NCBI RefSeq assembly: GCF_001194135.2
Contig: NC_068992.1
Location: 68,132,743 to 68,196,742 of the forward strand
Reading direction: 5' to 3'
DNA: 64,000 bases
Origin: Octopus bimaculoides
Lineage: Eukaryota
A model generated the notes under the pieces. It saw only the letters and a program-made list of their open reading frames with translations. It was not told the DNA's origin and made no database searches. Every line of letters begins with the position of its first letter. Positions within the stretch are counted from its first letter, which is position 1. A program made the translations under genes and the position numbers. Positions 23,799 through 36,025 of this stretch are shown here, in pieces.

Positions 23799-25860
23799 TG
23801 TGTGTGTATATATATATGTATGTATATATATACACCTATATATATATGCATATATACATACACACACACACATATATATATATATATACATATACACCTA
23901 TATATATATGCATATGTATATGCATATTTACATATAAACACACATATATATACATATATATATATGTATGTATACATATATATTCATGCGTGTATATATA
24001 TATATATATGCCTATATGCATGTATACGTATATAAATGTGTATGTGTTTGTGTATATGGTTATTTGTTTGTGTGTGTGTTTGCGTGTGTGTGAGTGTTTT
24101 TGAGTGTGTTACTTTCCTCATGCCGTGACATCGAGCAATGGTAGTAAGCAAATAGATATGTCGGTGTATAATATGCTAAGCGAAATGGGCATCTGCCACG
24201 TTTTTAAATGGCACAGATATAATTCAATTGGCAAAAATTACTTCTAGTTTGGTTGACCAATCCCTTTTACATCGTTCAAATATAATCAAACCTGGTAGTA
24301 TTCAGTTTGAGTGTGTAAGCAGGTTTCTTATGTTGTACCATGTAATACTGCAGCCATACTGTAATTTCAATCATTCGACCATCTCGTTCGATGTAAATAT
24401 TAGCATTCAGTTATGTTACTAATTGAACAGAGGACATCCCCAACACAACGCTTTTTTTACAACTCTGATAAGTCTAATGGTTTCTCATTGGGTAAACTTC
24501 ATTAAGAATTCATTAACTGCAAATGCTAATACAAGATATTTGACAAGTAGGTATAGAAGGAAATATTTAATCAGATTTTATGTAAGCCATGTCGCCATTA
24601 AAGGTATATTTCTTACAAAAGGTTAATGATGCAGTCTGTGATAAGTAGAAATAATTCATTCCTATTACAAAGAAAAAAATATTTGGTATAGGTTTATCGA
24701 TAATCAAATCACTGGAATGATTAATGATGGTGGAAATGTGTGATCTTTCGTTCGGAACACTTGCTGTATAGTTTTTCATCGAAAAGTCAATATATTAAAG
24801 AAGTGTAGCTCTCGGTATCATGATTAATGTATATTAGTTCAAATCATTAAGGTGATCGACATATAAAGACAAGGACATTAAATCCTCATCGTGTAATCAT
24901 AAACTAATTAATCAATAAACAAATTAAAAGACCGCTACAACCATAAAAACCACTGCAGATAAAACTCCTTTCTAACAACGAAATTGCATTTTGCATAAAA
25001 GCTATTTTCTCATTACTCTGTAAATGTTATTCAGAATTTCCTCAAGGCTCCCAATTTCATTTGATTATTTTTGAAATATCTACGTAACATAAAAACGTAT
25101 CAAGTCACTTCATGTATGTAGTGTTATAAAAGTAAAGAGAATCACAGAGACCTTCTTTTAACAAAATATCCTTTTTAGTAATCTAAAATATTTATAGTTT
25201 CAATTTGTCTCTTCTAATTCTAGTGCAGGTTTCTCAATCACAAAAATGTTATTGCTTGAAGCATCAATGATTTTATTGGTTACAACACTTTACTTCAATT
25301 AAATACTACATGTTATTGAATATTGTAAAAACGTACCGTAGAAATCAATAAACTATGCAAAACTGGTCATAATCAAAACTACGCCTCCGTTCTCCATCCT
25401 GCTTAATCTTACGCATTATTAAAGTTGAAAGTGTAACACCAACTTGATATGCTTACCGATCTATAATAAATATATGCCCAACTGTCAAGTTTATGCGGCA
25501 CCGTAATTCGAACCAGTGCCGCACAATCAACAATTTATTCTTAATGAAAGACTCATACGCGATACACTCCGATTTTGTATTTGACGTTCATCAAACTATA
25601 TCCGGCTTTGTAGAACACGTGACAGTTTTAGGAGGTCAGTATAAAGAGATTTAATTACAAGCTTGGTCTTTTGTTAAATTTTAATTCAACTATTTAAGTT
25701 TAGTTAAGGCCCTTCTATTCCAGGTTTCGCCCTCGTGTCTGGAATTTCACACACACACAGTCAAACACATATATGCCTTCACACACACATCTGCGTGTGT
25801 ATGTGTACCCTCACACACTTCTGAGCAACAAGCATACCCAACCACCGCTTTTCTGAATGT

Positions 25861-25927
25861 CCTGAAGAAAGGGTCTTCGTCCTGAAGAAAGGGTCTTCGT
25901 CCTGAAGAAAGGGTCTTCATCCTGAAA
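25861..25927 (+). repeat. 20-bp tandem (cctgaagaaagggtcttcgt) x3 plus cctgaaa; last unit forms an HHR-like core
   Basis: CTGAAGA-a-aggg(tcttca)tcct-GAAA-ta-ta-gaatt at 25902-25936. Confidence 0.7.
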
Positions 25928-26062
25928 TATAGAATTACAAGGTACTGCAACTTTGTTCTGCTTTCAATTTGTACTTTACTTTGTACTTTTTTGTATTGTT
26001 CTGGGCTTATACATCTACATTCATTAAATTATACCATACAATACTTTACAAAAACTATCTCA

Positions 26063-26135
<73 letters not shown>

Positions 26136-26591
26136 GTGTGTGTGTGTGTGCGTGCGTGTATGTGTGTGTGTGTGTGTGTGTGTATTCAATCATACAACGA
26201 TCTAGAAATAGGAAATATTCTATAACCCGATTTTATTTGTTAAATATGTTTTCGTGTCTTATATTGTCTAAATATATTTGGTTTCCTACATTCAGCTATG
26301 TTTCAAACTGGATTTCCCTATACAGTCCCCCACCCCACCCCTGCTGGAAAAACTTCGAACGTCTGAAAATCAAGAAAACTCTTCCTGTCGTTAATCATGA
26401 TTTGCTTTCAATATTGTGGACGGGTTTGAATATATTTTTTACATTTACATCGTTATTGAATTTGACAAGCTATGAGAAAAGAAAAGAAAAAAACGTGTAT
26501 TTGGATTAACACAAAAATACGCACACACACACACATATGCATACACAAATACTCACACATACACACGCGCATAAACACACATAAAAACGCA

Positions 26592-26634
<43 letters not shown>

Positions 26635-27296
26635 GTGTGTCGGTATATGGTGAACACTAGTAGTGTTAGGAGTTAGTGTGAGATTCCCTCCTCTTACATC
26701 CTTCTGGCTCTTTTATATTGGCTGCAATTTGCAACTAGAATATGGTAATGTTAATACTGAGTAACGTCATATTGACATTCCAGGGGGAGCAAACATAGCG
26801 TGAAGGTTGACATCAATTTCTAAACAAGAAGACAAGAAAAACTATAAAATTTTAAGAATAATAAACTGAAGATAATCGATAACTTCTTCGTATTCTTAAT
26901 ATGAGGATGAATAAAAAAAAAATTGCAGGAAATTCTCAGCGAATTCTGTAAATAGATTATATACAAAAAATTACTGCTATAAAATGTCGAGGGTGATTTT
27001 GTCATAAAATTAATAACGTGATCCAAAAACATTAAACATGTCATTTATGGCAGAAAACTATAGAAACGTTGTAGAAAGAGTTAATTCAATGTTTCCTGAA
27101 GAAATAGAAAAAGCTAACAGAAAACAACTTCTATTACCTGAAGATTTTCCAATGATTTTTATGAGAAAAGGTTGTAGTAAGGAGGCAGACGGAGATATGG
27201 TATTGTGCTGCTACTGAGAGTGAGTTTTCAACAGACTAATCCTTATTACCACAATTATTGCTGTTAGATGAATTTTTAAAACTCATCATCGTCGTT

Positions 27297-27332
<36 letters not shown>

Positions 27333-27519
27333 GTTAACATTATCCAATGATGAGTCACCAATGATAGCAAAAATTTCTTCAAATATCATTTTAAAAGGTG
27401 AGTTAGCGGAATTGATAGACCGGTGCCAGGCTAACTTGTAGGGAATTTTAAATACTTACAGGATATTGTAGATATTCCAGTCTTTGAGAGTTATTTTTCC
27501 CCATTGTCCTGCTGAGTCA

Positions 27520-27840
27520 TATTAGTGTTTCTATGGCTTTCGGCCACTGAATGGTCAGAGCAAAAAGGATGTGAGCAAAATACCCATGCTTCCAAAGGTG
27601 AATTATTCAAACCTCAAAGAATTCCTCTCAACACATGGCTATGATGCTCCCCCACTACTTCTGCTCGTGATCAGAGATGCACATATTGTCAGCCACCAAG
27701 GGACATGCTCAACTGGTTAAGGTCAAGCAACTGATAAGCAAATTTGTGGTATTGAGCAGAATATTTGCTGTAGGCCATATTTTATACCAAGATAAAACAA
27801 TGTATATTATAACACTTCCAATCAAGATCAGAAGCCATTA
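27520..27840. mobile_element. Probable interspersed repeat fragment (unclassified) ending in (ATT)n
   Basis: Complex, GC-richer block abutting an (ATT)n tract. It resembles a recalled octopus repeat. Not verified. Confidence 0.35.
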
Positions 27841-27844
27841 TTAC

Positions 27845-27903
<59 letters not shown>

Positions 27904-28086
27904 CTCACACTTGACCAATCCCAGACAGAATCAAAATCATCAATACCCCGTAGCAAAATCCATACCTGGACTGAAATTATATTCATGCCTCCATCGCAAA
28001 TAGATGCAGCTTCTTTTTACTATCACTCCCTTTAAGTCCTCTCCTTCAAACACTCATACGTGGAAGCCGACTGGAGCGACCATCAT

Positions 28087-28129
<43 letters not shown>

Positions 28130-28152
28130 CTTTGTTGTTGTAGTTGTAGTAC

Positions 28153-28194
28153 CTGTAGGCACCAATCTCCTTTTTCCCCATCAGAAAGTGTTTA
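28153..28194 (-). CDS. Weak candidate exon (KHFLMGKKEIGAY)
   Basis: Acceptor attcacag and donor CAG|gtacta. Only one frame is open, and it is phase-compatible with 33187-33265. Confidence 0.18.
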
Positions 28195-28598
28195 CTGTGA
28201 ATGTCAATCTTTGGCCTTAAAAATGATTAATATAAGTTGGCCACTTACCATCATCATATCTGTCGTTCTGTTTTCAATATTTGCCTAAGGAGTTTGAAAA
28301 ACATAAGAACATATTAAAACGTATACATACGCACATACACGCACATATACATACAGTTATACATACACACAAAAATATATTCACAAATCACCATAAACAC
28401 ACACACACACACACACACATCATACATAATTATAGGTATGCATAAATGTCAAGATGTTTATCGAGTGCAAGAAAAATTAAATATCTGATGCTTTTAAAGT
28501 AAAATATATTCATATTTTGTTAGGAATGATTTTTGCGGAAATATTTGGCTTTTTTTGTGATTTACGAAACATTACTATACTAATACAATAATACCATA

Positions 28599-28695
<97 letters not shown>

Positions 28696-28806
28696 TCACA
28701 CATACGCATATATATATATATATACAGAGAGAGAGATAAACAGACAGACAAACACATAATACATGCACGTACATACTCATACATATTCATAAGTATATGC
28801 AAGCTT

Positions 28807-28839
<33 letters not shown>

Positions 28840-28849
28840 GTATATAATT

Positions 28850-30057
28850 ATTATCATTATTGCTGTTGATGTTGCTTAGTTTTCGTTCCTGTGGGTAGTG
28901 GGTTACTCCCTGTAGCCTTAGGTATCCACAAACTTTGAATGAACTTTCATGTACTTAAGATCTTCCTGATAATCTTCTCTGTCCCTAAAAGGCAGAATTT
29001 CTGTACAAGCTCTTACAGAGCACTCTATTCCAATCCCCTTCAACCATTTGTGTATATATTTACTCAGTTCCGATGCACCAATTATCAGCGGAACCTTTAC
29101 GGTATCCATACTCCAAATTCTTGCAATCCTGGAATCAAACAGACACGATGGATCAATTAGTAAGCAACTTCGCTTTGCCTTATCTATTATTGTTATGTCT
29201 CGTTTATTATTTTCTTGTTTATTATCCATTTGAATAGGAAAATCTCATAAAATTTTGCATTTCCCCCCACTCCTGCACTCTTTCGATCCGATGATCACAC
29301 CATCTACTTTCAGCTTTAAATCCTCACTCCTGACGTAACTTCCTGCGTATAACTTTCACAATTTGTCCATGCCTCCATCTTTTACATTTTTCCTGGGTTA
29401 ACTTGGGACATCCTGTAACAATTTGTGCCACTCTCTCATTCCAAATTTTAGATGGCCAACATTATTCTGAAACCTTCTCCCTATAAACACATTTTCTCAA
29501 GTTGTTTTTTTTTATCGCTTGATCTTGAGCAGGTATAATATTGCTCTGTTTCCTTATTTAATTGCTACTTCTTATCTCTATTGTCCCTAAACTTCTTCCA
29601 TGTGTTGTCAGATCTGTCCTCCACTTTGTCATACTTTATCCAAGCAATCGCTCAACATTCGATGCAATACCAAATAGGTTCATACACTCCATAATCCATG
29701 AATGTGGGATCATAACGTACGCCTTACGATAATCGATCCATGACATGGCTAAGTTAGTTTTCCTCTTCTGCTATTATTCCTCCATTAAAGTAGTTCCTTC
29801 AGCCTCCCATGTAAACTACTAAATTTCTTTAACCAGTATCCCTGAACTAATCTGGTCCTGGGCGGCCCTTTAAATTCGGCATTTTTCCTAACACTTTACT
29901 CATTAATGTTCTAGTTAGTCTTAGATCTGATTGCTTCTCACACATTACTTCTTCCCTCGCTTTCTTTAACCATAGTGTTTCTCCATTATGATTGACTGGC
30001 TTATCTCGAATATTACTCCAGCACTTTCTAGCTTCTTCTGTATTATCTCATCTTCAG
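28850..30057 (-). mobile_element. R4/Dong-like non-LTR retrotransposon, 5'-truncated and internally deleted (RT N-part plus RLE plus 3' UTR)
   Basis: KMPNLKG..GPD*VQGYWLKKFSSLH, WIDYRKAY.MIPHSWI and DITIIDK....LLIDPSC.FD.RI...VPLIIGA. The 3' UTR ends in an AAT-like tail and the 5' end abuts (CA)n. Confidence 0.88.
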
Positions 30058-31189
30058 TACACACACAGGAACACACAGACACAGACAAACACACACACAC
30101 ACGCAGTAAGGTAAAAAGACACTAAAGGAATAGTTGACAGTGTTCGACCAGGTGATAGAATACCTTGAGCCACCAATGAATACCAGCGGTCTTTTGGGTG
30201 GTATTGCTCACAGTTTGCGTTCACAAAATTTAACCCTGAAACCTTGGACGACTGCATAGTTGTCATTTGCGACGTAGATCTTATGACCAGGTTATGGCGA
30301 AGTAAACGAAACCGCGATGTTTCGGCTCAAGCCATAAACAATAAATATATTTCTGTATTTCTGTGCATAAAAGATATTTGTGCATATATTAATATATAGT
30401 GAAACGCCTATTCGAATTTTCATCGTACATACATGCATCTATTCAGTTGTAATATATTGATAGAAGCGAATTTATTCAATATATACTTCTTTGATCATCG
30501 ACTTCTATTCAATCCTTTGTAGTTTCTCAAAGACTGTGCTTTAAGTAAAAATCCATTATCAACAAATCAGAATATTTGTACGTGCCATAGAATTGCTGAC
30601 AATATTTGCCTCATTATTGAAATCGGTGAAAAAATATGTTTCAGTGTTTATTGGCAATGGCCAGTAGAGTTACAAAGTACTTTTTCTTTTTTAAATAATA
30701 ATGTACTTTTATAGTGAATGAAAATAGGAATCTAAATACAATCTAAATATCTCGCTGAATCATTTTCACACATAAATCGTCACAAACTATTCATTTTAGA
30801 TCTTTGGAAATAAAAAATTTCAGTTTATTTTTTCTTTATGAGATTATCGCTGTTGTTCATTGCTATTAGAATTCATCCGTTTTATTTAGAAAATATGAAA
30901 TGCAGTATTTTTACTAAATTTACAATTTGTATGAAAATCCGATGAGTTAAGTAAATGGAAAAAAATATGTGGGTCATAATGAAGTTATATTCTTTTGTGT
31001 CATCTGGACGATAAATAAAATACATCAACCTGAATGATATTATTACATTTAAAAGTGAAGGGATGATAGATACGGAAGGACTTCAAAGTAACCTTGTTTG
31101 TGTGTAAGGATTTGTTAATTTACACTAATCTTTAAATATTTTTGGATCGATGTCGGCTTCATCTTTGTGAATTCATTAAGATATCAGTG

Positions 31190-32075
31190 ACATACAAGAT
31201 GCATTCCAGAAGATTTTAGAATTCTTCAGGAAAGACATTTATTAATTTCAAAGAAGTAAAACTAATCTCCTTCAAGCTAGGATCTTCTGACTTTAATGCT
31301 CCAGTTACTTCGTGAAAGTCCTATAGGAGCCCTCCAAAGTGTCATAACCTCCTCCATGTTCTCAATGTCTTCAACACGACTACCTTTGAGATTCTCTTTC
31401 AGGTTGGAGAACAACCCAAAGTCACAGAGAGCAAGGTCTGGATTGTAGTGAGGGTGAGTGACAGTTTTGTTGGCCATTTCTGTCAAGTAGTTGGTTATTA
31501 GCATGGAAGTTTTGACAGTTGTATTGTCTAGATGCAGGGGTCATCGATCCGAGTGGAAGAGCTTTGAGCTTTTGCGATGAAATATTTCCATGAACACCCT
31601 TAAAGCCTCCACAAAGTACTCATTGTTGATCATCTGGCTAGACGGAGAACAGTGCATGTAGATGATGCGCTTGTTGTCAAAAACGGGAATCATCATGAGC
31701 TTACGGGTGGAATTGCTTTACCTGACCCTATTGGATGTGGGAGAGCTAGGGTGCTCCCATTGAGTACTCTTAGTTTCTAAAAGATCACAGAAGGTTCACT
31801 TTCGTCACAGTCCACCAGTGACTCATGTACTCTAATATTGAAGGTACTGGGCTTAACTATTGTTCTACTGTCACAAGCGGGTCTTTCCTTCCGTTTGTCA
31901 CTGAGCACTCTTCGAACACATTTTCCACAAATATTCTGCACGTTTAGATCATCACGAATAATTTTGTGTATCGTTAGCACACCGGCTCCAAACACTGAAA
32001 TGTCTTCACCAAGACAATTTCGATTATTCTCAACCAACTCTAACGTTGTGACACACGTTTCGTCGTCTCTTACCG
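31190..32075 (-). mobile_element. Mariner (DD34D) transposase pseudogene
   Basis: KCVRRVLSD (WVPR-like), VDCDES, LMMIPVFD...MINNEYFVEAL, HLDN and HPHYNPDLALCDFGLF.NLKENLKG.R motifs, with many stops and frameshifts. One possible TIR near 31193. Confidence 0.9.
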
Positions 32076-32184
32076 AAGCCCCAGATAGGTGATATGATTA
32101 TACACATATAAATGACAATGTATGTGTGTTTATGTGTGTGTGCATGCTTTTGTGCGTGTGTGCGTGCGTATGTATGTGTGCGTG

Positions 32185-32229
<45 letters not shown>

Positions 32230-33186
32230 NNNNNNNNNNNNNNNNNNNNNNNNNNNNNNNNNNNNNNNNNNNNNNNNNNNNNNNNNNNNNNNNNNNNNNN
32301 NNNNNNNNNNNNNNNNNNNNNNNNNNNNNNNNNNNNNNNNNNNNNNNNNNNNNNNNNNNNNNNNNNNNNNNNNNNNNNNNNNNNNNNNNNNNNNNNNNNN
32401 NNNNNNNNNNNNNNNNNNNNNNNNNNNNNNNNNNNNNNNNNNNNNNNNNNNNNNNNNNNNNNNNNNNNNNNNNNNNNNNNNNNNNNNNNNNNNNNNNNNN
32501 NNNNNNNNNNNNNNNNNNNNNNNNNNNNNNNNNNNNNNNNNNNNNNNNNNNNNNNNNNNNNNNNNNNNNNNNNNNNNNNNNNNNNNNNNNNNNNNNNNNN
32601 NNNNNNNNNNNNNNNNNNNNNNNNNNNNNNNNNNNNNNNNNNNNNNNNNNNNNNNNNNNNNNNNNNNNNNNNNNNNNNNNNNNNNNNNNNNNNNNNNNNN
32701 NNNNNNNNNNNNNNNNNNNNNNNNNNNNNNNNNNNNNNNNNNNNNNNNNNNNNNNNNNNNNNNNNNNNNNNNNNNNNNNNNNNNNNNNNNNNNNNNNNNN
32801 NNNNNNNNNNNNNNNNNNNNNNNNNNNNNNNNNNNNNTATATATATATATATATATATATATGAAGAGAGATAGAAAGAAAGAGAGAAAAAGAAAAAGAT
32901 AGAAAAGGAGAGAGAGAGATGTAAAGGAGATACAAATATATGGATTATATATTTGTCTTTGGAGATTTTACAATTATATATGTATATACGTATGCAATTT
33001 ACACGCCTACACGATGGCATCCCAAAGCACAAATAAATTATATTTACTGACATTCGACTGCGTGTATTAAAGATATATTCAATTTCGTCTATACACATTC
33101 TACGTATTCACCTTTATGCACAAATATGGAAGTTGTCGTGTGTGCGCTCACAAACACCCACATTAGCTCGTAGTATATATACCCAC

Positions 33187-33265
33187 CTGTTCTGGAAGCT
33201 GATAGCTGTGTCTGCTATGTTGTACATGTGGTCACGAATTACGTCATAGATTAGAGTAATAGATT
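33187..33265 (-). CDS. Weak candidate exon (SITLIYDVIRDHMYNIADTAISFQN)
   Basis: Acceptor tcttcccag and donor CAG|gtgggt. Only one frame is open. Confidence 0.22.
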
Positions 33266-34487
33266 CTGGGAAGACTTATACGAGAATCCATAAAATGATT
33301 TCTATATATTCATGTGTAGGAAGTGATAACAAAAATGAGCGTTGACTTGTTGTGTAGTGCTGGGTCGTTGAATACTCAGGGAATGAGAGCATTGTTAGTT
33401 TCGCCTTGTTTCAGAGGAGCAATATTATAGGTTAAAAAAATATAACTAAATATGATTTGGTATTCCAAATGATATCAAACACTTCGCTGCTTCATATTAA
33501 ATCTTTGCAAACAATCATTACTGTTTTTTTTTTACATAGAAAAGACAATTTTGATATAAACGACGAGGAGAAAGTTTAAGAAATAAATATCTTTTCTCCA
33601 CTCACATAGAAACTCGGAGTAGTTGAATATCTATATTGAATATAATGTATATAATGTACATAATGAAATATCAGATAATAAACGTATTAAGAACTGAAAA
33701 TATGGTTTACAATACGTATGTCTTTGCATATATACAGATAGGCATTCAGAGGCACATATCCACAGAACAGTTATATTCACTCTGTATCACATATGCTTAC
33801 ATATCTATCTCTCTATCTATCTCTCTATCCGTCCATCAACTTATCATCCAACTTATCTATCTGATCTAGCTTTATATACATGTGACGTGTATGTGAGCAC
33901 GCACGTGTGTATTAGCTGATAATCTGTGCTTGACCATGGCCGTCACTGATCTTTATGTAATTCATACTCAGTAAATATGTCAGTAAATATGTAATTAATA
34001 AAATCTCATGACTTTCAAAAAAGTTAAGAGTTCTACCCTTACATCTTCCTACTTATGATCTCAAACGTTAACTGTCAATCTTGCTGCCCTGATGAGCAAT
34101 GCCAGATTTACAGTAATGTTTATATTCATTCACTACTGGTTATATATTCTTAAAATCTGTACATTCTGTCAACATTGCAACTACTACGTAATTGCGAGCA
34201 CCCAGACCAGCTGCCGGGCCTGAAATATCATGCTTTATCCCCTTAGATTTCTGTGTCTTTTCTACTCCACGTAAATCTCTTCTGTAAATATTTAAACACT
34301 TCTATAGTTATATATATGTGAATGTTCATCTTCTGAATACTAGCAATTTTTATTTCTTTCTGACAATATCTATCTATCTAGCTAGCTAGCTAGCTAGCTA
34401 TCTATCTGTCTATCTATCTGTCTATCTATCTATCTCTCTATCTATCTATCTCTCTATCTATCTATCTATCTATCTATCTATTTATCT

Positions 34488-34519
<32 letters not shown>

Positions 34520-34703
34520 GGTATATTGAGCAAAAACCACCATGCTGAAGAGATAAGATTTTGTAATCACACCAAACAGTTGTGTTATCCTGGCATTGCA
34601 ATTAACGAAACAAATGTATGCTTTATAAAATACTAAACATACTTTCTACATTTTATTTGTACTATTACGTCGCTCGCAATCTACATAACAATATTTCCCG
34701 TAG

Positions 34704-34813
34704 CTTCATGCCACTTTTCTAATCGCTTTGGCTATTGGAGCGGAGTTTCGGACATATTACAGAGGTCGAACTTTTAGTTACGTGTCACTCTTTTTGATCC
34801 ATATGTATTCTCA
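34704..34813 (+). CDS. Weak candidate exon, hydrophobic peptide (LHATFLIALAIGAEFRTYYRGRTFSYVSLFLIHMYS)
   Basis: Acceptor tttcccgtag and donor CA|gtgagt. Only one frame is open across 110 nt. Confidence 0.22.
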
Positions 34814-34851
34814 GTGAGTGTTTGTGTCTATATGTTGTATAAATTTGCGCC

Positions 34852-34934
<83 letters not shown>

Positions 34935-35346
34935 TAATACACACATATGCATGTGTGTGTGTGTAATATGATTCTTTACATTTTCTGTTTGAAAGGAAGT
35001 ATGCTATAATTTAATGACAGTGTCATACACCAGGTGTTCTGCACCAATCTTCATCTAAATGTTTCCTATTGTACAACAAATTATATCTCTGAGAGAGTTA
35101 TGCGCACTCTCCCCCCCCCTCTCTCCCTCTCTATCTCTTCATAGAGAACTTTGTACCTCTTACTGCCAGGCAGATGTTGTAGCTAATATTTCAATTGCTG
35201 CTTAAGAGGAGTTATAAACATCGCCCACTGATCTTTGTTGCAATACTGAAACACGTGCTCCGAACTAAATCTACGGAATAGTATTCCAGTGCATTCGTTA
35301 ACAGGAATACATTGTATTCTCTTCTAATATCTCTACATGCGCGTTT

Positions 35347-35404
<58 letters not shown>

Positions 35405-35459
35405 CGCTATGATTGATCGCTAGCCATTAAACCCTTTTTATTTTCTCTCCTTGTTTATT

Positions 35460-35597
35460 TCTGTGTTCCTTTCTGTCGAACAGTGTAGGCTCGAAATGTA
35501 AAACATTTTCTCACTTTCCGAGCGTTAAACTAACATATCTGTTTGTTGTTTATACACCCATCTTCGTTTGTGTTTTTGTCAATTCCAACTACATATA
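35460..35597 (+). mobile_element. PLE pLTR-like repeat with degenerate HHR motif (35470-35503)
   Basis: ttt-CTGTCGA-acagt(gtag)gctc-GAAA-tg-ta-aaa. The downstream part is homologous to 8541-8612. Confidence 0.55.
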
Positions 35598-35991
35598 NNN
35601 NNNNNNNNNNNNNNNNNNNNNNNNNNNNNNNNNNNNNNNNNNNNNNNNNNNNNNNNNNNNNNNNNNNNNNNNNNNNNNNNNNNNNNNNNNNNNNNNNNNN
35701 NNNNNNNNNNNNNNNNNNNNNNNNNNNNNNNNNNNNNNNNNNNNNNNNNNNNNNNNNNNNNNNNNNNNNNNNNNNNNNNNNNNNNNNNNNNNNNNNNNNN
35801 NNNNNNNNNNNNNNNNNNNNNNNNNNNNNNNNNNNNNNNNNNNNNNNNNNNNNNNNNNNNNNNNNNNNNNNNNNNNNNNNNNNNNNNNNNNNNNNNNNNN
35901 NNNNNNNNNNNNNNNNNNNNNNNNNNNNNNNNNNNNNNNNNNNNNNNNNNNNNNNNNNNNNNNNNNNNNNNNNNNNNNNNNNNNNNNNNNN

Positions 35992-36025
<34 letters not shown>

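Noticed and set aside
25861-25927. CRISPR-like appearance of short direct repeats (also 20575-20642 and 17629-17736)
   Set aside because: The units are contiguous with no spacers, the context is eukaryotic, and there are no cas genes.
30230-30335. TTAA-CCCT start suggesting a piggyBac-type end
   Set aside because: No matching AGGG-TTAA partner or TIR was found nearby.
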